From positions 1 to 56,945 of the forward strand of contig NIVC01003314.1 in the NCBI GenBank assembly GCA_002269645.1: 56,945 nt of DNA, given 5' to 3'. The number at the start of each line of letters is the position of its first letter. Positions within the stretch are counted from its first letter, which is position 1. Below the pieces are notes generated by a model. The model worked only from the letters and a program-made list of their open reading frames with translations. It had not been told where the DNA came from and made no database searches. This stretch comes from Macrostomum lignano. Lineage: Eukaryota. Shown one piece after another: positions 48,112-56,945 of this stretch. The translations under genes and the position numbers were made by a program.

Positions 48112-48668
48112 ATTAATCCGATATGTATCGAAAGTACACTTTGTAAACCTGCTTTATACATTAAACTGCTATGTATCGAAAGTAGACTTTGTAAACCTGC
48201 TTTATACATTAATCTGATATGTTCTTTACGCTTTATACACACATGTATTGAAAGTAAGTCTGCATTATACTTGTATCTACCTGTGTTTTATTAGCGCCTA
48301 CTACACTAATATTGATTTTGTCTGCTTTACCGTCTGTCAATATATCGATAATATGCACCTACATTGTGTGTTTTTTTGCTGCTCATATACCTATTATGCG
48401 CCATTATTCACGCCTACCAATATGTTTTATCTACTTTTTTATGTAAATATACTCAATTTCGCCTACTATAAGTAGTTTTCACTAGCCTAATATCATTGAC
48501 TACATATCGGTGTACACATACATATCGGGAGAGTGTACTGGGGAGAGTGTACTGGGAAGAGTGTACTGGGGAGAGTGTACACTCGGGGTGCCTGCGGCAT
48601 ACATATCGGGGTACATATCGGGAGAGTGCGCATACATGTCGGGAGGGTCGCCTGCGGCTGGACGGCGC
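48112..48668. repeat. Right inverted subterminal repeat of the Polinton-like element
   Basis: Reverse complement of 29603-30564 without the MITE; weaker similarity extends inward to about 47900. Confidence 0.88.
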
Positions 48669-49459
48669 TTGGCGCCACGCGCCTGCGGCGCGCGCGCGCC
48701 GAGCGCCGATATCGATACGCGTATCGATCACCTAGTGATCGGGGCGCCAGCCAATGAGAGGCGAGGAGGGTTGACACCCACCTCACCTCCAAAATCAACG
48801 GAAACGGGGTTGTATAGTAGTGAGGTAGACCCAAAGTAGTGAGAGACCATATTTAAAATATTTCACTATGTACCCAAGGCCGGGCAATTTGAGGCCGCGG
48901 AGGCAATAGAGCTTGTGCATGTGGGAGAAATAATTTCTCTACACGGAGCCAGCGTGCCTGAGGCCGCCTGCTGGGGGAGAGATTTTCTCTCTCGAAGTCA
49001 GCGTGCTCGGGGGTCGCGTGCATGGGAGAGAGAAGTAGCTATTATTATTATTCCATAATTATGAAATCAGTGAGGTTTGAATACCAGATTTCATGTTTTC
49101 TAGTAGAAGTTAATCTCAGTTTTTCAGGGCATTTTTTTCTCGAATACTGTGTTGGGATAGCTATTTCAGCCATAAGAGCTTTGTACGTCAATCGATTTTA
49201 GTATATGTTGATCTAAGGGGGATTTGGTTGTCCCAGAAGCCCCATCATGACAACTACTATCCCGTTTAGATCAGTAGTTAAAATTATGACGATGAGGTAG
49301 TTGGTTTTTGGTATTAGGGCATGATGTTTAAATAGATTTTAGTACTCGTAGATAATGATTTTTTGTTGCACCAGAAAAGGGGTAGTGGTTTTTTTCCCGA
49401 AACTTTGCGGAGGGAATTTGCACCAGAACTCCCCTCATGACAACTTAGTGTCATAGTGG

Positions 49460-49645
49460 GTGTGTGTGTCTGAGTGAGTGAGTGAGTGAGTGTGTGTGTG
49501 TGTGTGTGTGTCAATCTTGTGTGTTTGCAAAGTGTCTGCCTGTCTATCTGTCTTTCTCTGTCTGTCTGTCTGTCTTTCTGTCTGTCTGTCTGTCTGTCTA
49601 TCTGTCTTTCTGTCTGTCTGTCTGCCTGTCTATCTGTCTTTCTCT

Positions 49646-49679
<34 letters not shown>

Positions 49680-49744
49680 CTGTCTGTCTGTCCGTCTGTC
49701 TGTCCGTCTGTCTGTCTGTCTGTCTGGGTGTCTGTCTGTCTGGG

Positions 49745-49775
<31 letters not shown>

Positions 49776-49818
49776 GTGTCTGTCTGTCTGTGTGTCTGTC
49801 CGTCTGTCTGTCTGTCTG

Positions 49819-49910
<92 letters not shown>

Positions 49911-49947
49911 GTCTGTCTGTCTGTCTGTCTGTCTGTCTGCCTGTCTT

Positions 49948-49979
<32 letters not shown>

Positions 49980-49997
49980 ACTGACTGTCTGTCTGAC

Positions 49998-50053
<56 letters not shown>

Positions 50054-50066
50054 CATCTATCTGTCT
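49460..50066. repeat. Compound microsatellite (TG)n/(TGAG)n then ~530 bp of (TCTG)n
   Basis: Read directly from the sequence. Confidence 0.98.
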
Positions 50067-50831
50067 GTGTGTTTAGTTAGCAAACGCACGCACTCGTTTC
50101 TCTTTTTTCCGGACGCGCGCCCAACGGCGGCCCGCCCGCTTTTTATCTCAATCGCCTTAATTGTGGCCTCAGTCGTCTCAAACGGACAGACATGGGTCGC
50201 CGTTGGTGGCGCCTCCGGCCTTGGGGCCGCCGTTGCTCCCGCTGCTTTTTTTCGCTCTGCTGTCATTTAGCTGCAAATGGTTACAGAAATTCTAGTGAGT
50301 GTTTTTATATAATACCCGTGATTTTTGGCCAACCGTGCTTTTGTAAACAGGGTTGTCTGTCTTCTGCACCACGTAGAGGTCATCACAACGCAGGAGTGGT
50401 GATCTGGATGTTTGCAAAGTGACCATAAATACCCCAGAAAATTATGCAAAAATGAACTGTTAAGTAGACAGAGTCACAGCAATGAACCAGATCTTCTGCC
50501 ACAGCATTTTCTGCAAAGCGGCCAGTCTTGCAAGAGACTGTAGGATTTCTTTACTTAGCATAAAATCGGTGATTTTAAGTTTAAAAAAGACTCCAAAAAG
50601 TTTTTTGTCGGCTCCAAGGACTAATTAACAACTACTTAACTACTTAACTTACTTAACGTGTTAAGTAGTCCTTGATTGGCTCTTAATTCGAATCAATACA
50701 CGCTTAAGTAGCAGTTGAGCGGCCGAATAAAGTGATACTCTGAGCATTCGGATTGGCTGTTGTCTCTAAAGCTGAATGAGACGTGCCTGTCAGATTACTG
50801 TTAGCACTTGCGCTGCTGGATGTTGCGTTAG

Positions 50832-51242
50832 TCAGTACAGCAGGAGCTCCCTGCGGCTGCGCTTCCACTGTTGCACTGCTTCCATCCAGTGACGGAGGAA
50901 AAAAAACGTGTCGATAAGCGCTGATTCCAGGTCCAAGCTCGATGTCGTCAGAAATGCTACTGTAGTTATCAATCTCATCAGATTTGTCTGCCGATATTTT
51001 CGTTTCAGCTCTCGTGGCAGGTGTAGCAGCGCTCGGTAATTGACAAATACCAACTCAGTATTTTCCAACTGTTCGGCCACCTGAACGCATTCTGCCCTGT
51101 TTAAATGATGGGGTGATTTAAAGTCGAGAGAATCTGCCGCATGCAAACCTGGTATTGTTTCGCTTGTCACTCTCCATTTGCTTCCAGGGAATGGGGCCTC
51201 TATTTCAAGCTCTCTTGAAAGCACTTCTGCCGCAGCTTCCAT
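50832..51242 (-). CDS. Possible orphan ORF or exon (136 aa)
   Basis: ATG-initiated open frame with protein-like composition; no recognisable motif. Confidence 0.3.
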   Translation of the reverse strand: MEAAAEVLSRELEIEAPFPGSKWRVTSETIPGLHAADSLDFKSPHHLNRAECVQVAEQLENTELVFVNYRALLHLPRELKRKYRQTNLMRLITTVAFLTTSSLDLESALIDTFFFLRHWMEAVQQWKRSRRELLLY

Positions 51243-51544
51243 TCAGGTTTGAGCAGCGATTTTATCTTCTTGATAATATTCCTCTCCTTTCTTGATTACT
51301 TTAGAAAGCTGTTTCACCGTTGCAGGTAATTCTCATCTCATCTGTTGGTATGGCTGGAGTGCTGGTGTCGTCTATTAATTTGTTTGCCCTGCTGAGCAGA
51401 GCCAGTCGTACATCGGTAAGACTGATCGACACAGGTGTGATCGACACCTGTACACTAGGATCGAGGAGCACCGCAAAAAGGCGAGAGCGATTCATGACCA
51501 GCTGCTAATGCGCTACGCGTGTGCCGACATCAAACATGATCAAA

Positions 51545-51682
51545 AGTTTAAAATTATTGATCGGATTTGACACCACCACAAACTAAATGTGTTGGAAGCC
51601 CTGTACATCAAACAGTTAAAGCCTACCCTGAATGTACAACTGACAGGAAGGGGGGCTAGCACTATCCTTAGAATTTTTTGAC
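51545..51682 (+). pseudogene. Penelope-like element GIY-YIG endonuclease C-terminal remnant
   Basis: FKIIDRI*HHHKLNVLEALYIKQLKPTLNVQ matches the F.I.......L...EAL.I....P.LN.Q end of PLE endonucleases. Confidence 0.75.
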
Positions 51683-51751
51683 TATCCTACGGCTACTTAA
51701 ACCTGGTTTTTAAACTCTTGGCCCGTACTTTCAAATTATTACAAAATATTG

Positions 51752-51792
51752 TCACCTGACCATGCTGACAGTTACAGCGAAACATGTTGTGA
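51752..51792 (+). ncRNA. Degenerate minimal type I hammerhead ribozyme (PLE-associated)
   Basis: TCAC-CTGACCA-T-GCTG(acagtta)CAGC-GAAACATGTT-GTGA; palindromic stem III ACATGT; core G8 replaced by C. Confidence 0.6.
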
Positions 51793-52190
51793 ATAAAATA
51801 AAATAAAATATTTTCGTCTTAATATTTGTCAACAATATCTATTGTTGTAAAGAATGCAAATGTTTACAATTATATTCTTGTTTTTGTGTATTTCTTAAGC
51901 GAAGCAGCATTCCTAAAATTTACTTTTAATAAAAGTTTACTCACTTGCAACGCTGTGCTCGCTCTTAAACTGTTGGACTGTCCTATCAACCGTATCTGAG
52001 GGGAAACAACAGGGAATTTTGCTGTTGTCAGTAAAAGAGTGAACGGTGTAATAAACAAAACTCAAATCAAATGACGCTCACTCAGATCAAATGTCACCTG
52101 ACAGTGTTGCCCCCGACTCTTGGCTCGCAACAATCGCATGGGCAATAAAAAATCGCAGCTACTTCGAAATAAAAAACATTGCTTTGAGCA

Positions 52191-55068
52191 TGATTCTTAC
52201 CCCGAGAATCTCACAATTCTAACCCCCAGAACCTCGCCATTCATACCCCCCAGAATCTCACGATTTTACACCCATAATCTCAAGATTCTTAACCCCAGAA
52301 TCTCACGATTCTTACCCCCAGAATCTCACGATTCTTACCCCCAGAATCTCACGATTCTTACCCTAGAATCTTATGATTCTTACCCCCAGAATCTCACGAT
52401 TCTTACCCTAGAATCTTATGATTCTTACCCCCAGAATCTCACGATTCTTACCCCCAGAATCTCACGATTCTTACCCCCAGAATCTCATGATACTTACCCC
52501 CAGAATCTCACGATTCTTACCCCCAGAATCTCACGATACTTACCCCGAAAATCTCACAATTCTAACCCCCAGAACCTCACCATTCATACCCCCCAGAATC
52601 TCACGATTTTACACCCATAATCTCACGATTCTTAACCCCAGAATCTCGGGATTCTTACCTTCAGAATCTCGGCATTCTTACCCCCATAATCTCACGATTC
52701 TTACCCCAAGAATCTCACGATTCTTACCCCCAGAATCTCACGATTCTTACCCCAATAATCTCACGATTCCTAGCTCCAGAACCTCATGATTCTTACCCCC
52801 TTGACTTACTTGACTTAGCTGCAGGGGGCGTCCGGCGGATGCAGCGAGGAGGTGGAGGAGACCGCCCATTCCGCTAGCCCCTGGCGACCAATGACTTCCA
52901 TCGAAGCGATGTCGCTCAGGGGGACCCGTCGGTCTCGCCTGCAGCGCGGTCCTCCTCACCGGCGGTGGGGAAGAACTCAGCTCGTCCCGTGTCCTTGAGG
53001 TACCGGGCGAGCAGCGGGATGCTCTCAAGCCTGCAAACGTCGGAGAGAACCGGATTTGGCCCGAGGTGAGTGAGCCTGGCCCTGGTGAAAACCGGGCACT
53101 GGCAGATAAAGTGCTCGGCGTTTTCACTGCCTGAGCGGCAGTAGGTGCACCGCTCCTCGGGTACTTGGCCCTGAAGGAAACAGTGGCGAGAGAAAGAGCC
53201 ATGCCCGGAGAGGGCCGCGGGAGTTGATCACCGAGGCGGGGATGGGGGCTCCCGGGCCCGGCCCCAGCAGCGCGCCGGCGGAGCCAGCCTTGGCCAGCAG
53301 GTCAGCGCGCTCGTTGCCGAGGAAGCCGGCGTGGCCCGGGATCCATCTCAGCTCCACCTGGTTGCCTAGCGCAAGCCCGTTGAGCTTGGTGTTGCAGTCC
53401 AGGACGGACCTGGAGCTGGCGGTGCTGCGGCGGAGGGCCCGAAGGGCTGCTTGGCTGTCAGAGTGAAAAATAAATTTCCGACCGCTAAGCTGCCTTCGGC
53501 GCAGCTCTGCCGCGCAGGAGCTGATGGCAAGCACCTCGCTCTGAAAAACACTGCAGTTAAGCCCAGTGTGCTGGGAGTAGCTCCACACCACTTCTCCCTT
53601 GAAGAAGACGCAAGCTCTGAAGCCTGAAAGACCATGCCTCATAGAGCCGTCAGTGTAACTGTGGACTTCAGAATCGCTCCAGCTGTCACTCACCTTTGGC
53701 TCAGGAGCAGGGTGGCTGGGATCGAGTCCGTGAGGATGTTGAGCCCGCCACACTCCTCGAGAGCCTTGAGGCAGAGGTCAGAGTGCGGGATAAGCAACCG
53801 CTTCTTAAAGGCCCGCACTTTCTTGAAGGCCACCCCAGCATCCAAAAGACGCCAATTCTTACCCCAAGAATCTCACGATTCTTACCCCCAGAATCTCACG
53901 ATTCTTACCCCCAGAATCTCACGATTTTACACCCATAATCTCAAGATTCTTAACCCCAGAATCTCACGATTCTTACCCCATAATCTCACGATTATTTTTT
54001 CCAGAATCTCGAGATTCTTACCTTCAGAATCTCACAATTCTTACCCCCAGAATCTCACGATACTTACCCCCAGAATCTCACGATTTTACCTTCATAATCT
54101 CACAATTCTTACCCCCAGAATCTCGGGATTCTTACCCCCATAATCTTACGATTCTTACCCCCAGAACCTCACGATTCTTACCCCCAGAATCTCACGATTC
54201 TTACCCCCAGAACCTCACCATTCTTACCCCCAGAATCTCACGATTCTTACCCCCAGAATCTCACGATTCTTACCCCATAATCTCACGATTATTTTTTCCA
54301 GAATCTCGAGATTCTTACCTTCAGAATCTCACAATTCTTACCCCAGAATCTCAAGATTCTTACCCCCAGAATCTCACGATTCTTACCCCCAGAATCCCAC
54401 GATTTTACCTTCATAATCTCACAATTCTTACCCCCAGAATCTCACGATTCTTACCCCAGAATCTCACGATTATTTTTCCCAGAATCCCGGGATTCTTACC
54501 TTCAGAATCTCACAATTCTTACCCCCAGAATCTCACGATACTTACCCCCAGAATCTCACGATTTTACCTTCATAATCTCACAATTCTTACCCCCAGAATC
54601 TCGGGATTCTTACCCCCATAATCTTACGATTCTTACCCCCAGAACCTCACGATTCTTACCCCCAGAATCTCACGATTCTTACCCCCAGAACCTCACCATT
54701 CTTACCCCCAGAATCTCACGATTCTTACCCCCAGAATCTCACGATTCTTACCCCATAATCTCACGATTATTTTTTCCAGAATCTCGAGATTCTTACCTTC
54801 AGAATCTCACAATTCTTACCCCCAGAATCTCAAGATTCTTACCCCCAGAATCTCACCATTCTTACCCCCAGAATCCCACGATTTTACCTTCATAATCTCA
54901 CAATTCTTACCCCCAGAATCTCACGATTCTTACCCCAGAATCTCACGATTATTTTTCCCAGAATCCCGGATTCTTACCTTCAGAATCTCACAATTCTTAC
55001 CTTCAGAATCTCGGGATTCTTACCTTCAGAATCTCACCATTCTTACCCCCAGAATCTCAGGATTCTAA
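52191..55068. repeat. ~23-bp satellite (GATTCTTACCCCCAGAATCTCAC) with ~478-bp higher-order repeat
   Basis: Variant marker ATTATTTTT at 53991, 54288, 54469, 54766 and 54948 (alternating ~297/~181 bp). Confidence 0.96.
52801..53854 (-). mobile_element. 5'-truncated related LOA-group LINE (RNase H + CCHC + 3' UTR) inserted in the satellite
   Basis: YTDGS, SDSQAA, WIPGH, GNERAD, CTYC..EHFICQC. Same GCTAAGTCAAGTAAGTCAA tail. Flanked by ATTCTTACCCC (satellite-derived TSD). About 50-codon internal deletion. Confidence 0.9.
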
Positions 55069-56031
55069 GGCCCAGAATAAAGAATCACTGCAAGATGCTG
55101 AATATGACAAACATAATCGCTCTGCTATTAAAAATCGATCAGCGATTAAAATTTGCAGGGTGGCAACAGTGCACCTGATGAGGCTTGATGAACTTTGGCG
55201 GTTTAAAATGAGTCGGTTTTGAAGAATCGCCGCATAATCACAATAGACGATCATCTGGACGACACTGCTAAATGGTTTGTAAAGCTGGACCTGGGGAAGA
55301 AAGTATGTTGAAACTCAAAGTAGTTGAAATGAAATATTACAAAATAATGCTAAGGATTTCATGGAAAGAGAACGATCTAAATGCCTGGGTTAGGAGAAAA
55401 GTGAATTCGGGTTTGGAAATAATATAATAAATAAGAATCCTTCCAATATTGCAAATAAAGTTAAGTTAAAAGTAAAACAGCTAGGGTATGGAAGTCAGTG
55501 TGTAATTCAGCTTCAAGGGGGGGGGGGAAACTGTCTGACAGGCACAGTCTGAAACTTGGAAATTAATGAGAGAATTGGGGGGGTTACGCTCGAATGTCAA
55601 GTGTTCAGTTAAATCAATTGAATACGCTCGCTTCGGATCAGGTTAGCGGTGTTCATATGTGCATTGAAAATGTTGAAAAAGATTGTTTCTTGCTATGACT
55701 GCTTCTATGTGGAGATATGGATGACGTAATCGTTCTAACTGCTTGGTGAAGAGGGTTCTTTCTGAGGGAGGCTGTGCGACCCGTCAGAATGTACACTGGA
55801 AATGAGGTGAGAGAACGAGTGTCAGAGAACGTGAACAGGGACGAGTGTTTGTCTCTATACATGTACATGTACAGGTATTTGATTTGCTCGTATATGGGGT
55901 TGCTTTGTGAAATCCTATAATTCTATAATTCTAAGATACTCGAATGGCCATGCAGTTTAATATGGCAGTTACATCAGATACTGGGGCATTTAATGTTTAG
56001 TATATTACACTGAAATTTGCGAGTAGTATTA

Positions 56032-56565
56032 TTAGCATTTTTCTTGACAAAGTTTCCCAAAATTAGCTGATAAATGCATCCTACAAGTTAGTGATGAGAA
56101 TAATGCTGCTGGCTGCGATGATGCACAAAGAATTTCTTGTGTTAGTGGGGCCGAGGGGAAGTTTGGGCAGTTTAGGCGTACAGAGCGTGAATAATGGTTT
56201 GAGCTAAATATATAGAAGCAACTCTCTCTGAGGCCTCTCGATCTCGTCAGTACTACTGAATAGACACTTTCTGCAAAAACTGCATGGCACCACTGAGAAT
56301 TCCCGCTGGGAGATGCTTGGGCCTCTTCATTGGTAACGAAACTCAAGTCATGCCTATTGAATCCTAGTTGGGCATGTGCCGACTGAAGACTGCAGCAGCC
56401 GATGCCAGCCATTGTCTCATCGCTGCATACGTAATTAACTGCCATGCACTGCTCTTGCGGAGTTTTAAGTCTGACTTGTGACTGCGGAGAGTGGTAAATG
56501 CCTAAGTTTAGCGATCGGCTGCTAAACATGTATCTAACAAGTGTTGATGAATAAATTTTCTTCAT
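56032..56565 (-). CDS. Possible Cys-rich ORF or exon of unknown function
   Basis: 177-aa open frame; CMAVNY...C-C-L is faintly PAN/apple-like. Weak support. Confidence 0.2.
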   Translation of the reverse strand: MKKIYSSTLVRYMFSSRSLNLGIYHSPQSQVRLKTPQEQCMAVNYVCSDETMAGIGCCSLQSAHAQLGFNRHDLSFVTNEEAQASPSGNSQWCHAVFAESVYSVVLTRSRGLRESCFYIFSSNHYSRSVRLNCPNFPSAPLTQEILCASSQPAALFSSLTCRMHLSANFGKLCQEKC

Positions 56566-56685
56566 TTCCGAAGCTGTTTATAGCATTATACCATTGATTT
56601 CGTACCCAGTCACAAATTACATGTTCTTATCCACTTAGCTAGCACAGCAGGCCATCAGAAAGCGATCTCAATCACAGTCAGAAAT

Positions 56686-56903
56686 TCGCCACACACATGT
56701 ACTTTAGTGATAGGGATTCTTAACTCTCACCGTCAGATACTCGCCACACACATGTACTTCAGTGATAGGGATTCTTAACTCTCACCGTCAGATACTCGCC
56801 ACACACATGTGCTTCAGTGATAGGGATTCTTAACTCTCACCGTCAGATACTCGCCACACACATGTGCTTCAGTGATAGGGATTCTTAACTCTCACCGTCA
56901 GAT
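56686..56903. repeat. 55-bp tandem repeat x4
   Basis: Unit starts at 56686, 56741, 56796 and 56851, with 1-2 differences between units. Confidence 0.95.
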
Positions 56904-56945
56904 TGAGCCTCTGGTGGTCAGCTCCTTCCTAAATACTTTCCAGCG

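Larger units (their letters stand above)
29603..48668. mobile_element. Polinton/Maverick-like element (degenerate, intron-containing); outer ends unresolved
   Basis: Inverted subterminal repeats 29603-30564 / 48112-48668 enclose pPolB, a PC4-like ORF and orphan genes; about 13 kb once the 5.9-kb LINE is subtracted. Confidence 0.75.

Noticed and set aside
48816-48840. AGTAGT motifs as the Polinton terminus
   Set aside because: Wrong orientation for a right end (ACTACT expected), and no partner or TSD at the left end.
49482-50270. Long SVCL/DRQT ORFs
   Set aside because: Stop-free translations of the (TCTG)n microsatellite.
52120-52789. ORFs with PQNLTIL/PRISRF repeats
   Set aside because: Translations of the 23-bp satellite.
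52096-55090. CAGTG...CACTG as hAT-like TIRs around the satellite
   Set aside because: Only 5 bp match and no 8-bp TSD.
52191-56903. CRISPR-like arrays (23-bp and 55-bp repeats)
   Set aside because: No unique spacers, no cas genes, eukaryotic context.

Overview
Eukaryotic, transposon-dense DNA with spliceosomal GT-AG introns; probably an invertebrate animal (inference, host not identifiable). No rRNA, tRNA or CRISPR array is visible. (1) A >=15.9-kb near-identical inverted duplication (1-15882 vs 23369-39264) flanks a 7.5-kb unique spacer holding a broken CACTA/EnSpm-type transposase and a BEN-domain gene. (2) A Polinton/Maverick-like element at about 29603-48668 has inverted subterminal repeats, a degenerate protein-primed PolB gene split by six predicted introns, a tandem PC4-like gene, an acidic orphan ORF and a spliced orphan gene. 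No readable capsid, ATPase, protease or integrase gene was found. (3) A full-length LOA/R1-group LINE (ORF1, APE-RT-RNase H-CCHC, 12-bp TSD) is inserted in the orphan gene, and its first base coincides with the predicted cleavage site of an HDV-like ribozyme fold. (4) Each arm also holds a MITE, a deleted mariner, Ty3/gypsy RT and gag remnants and two orphan ORFs. (5) The right end has a (TCTG)n microsatellite, a Penelope-like remnant with a degenerate hammerhead, a 23-bp satellite with higher-order structure interrupted by a truncated related LINE, and a 55-bp tandem repeat. Many frameshifts are single-base changes in homopolymers and may be assembly errors. All alignments and folds were done by eye; no database searches were run.
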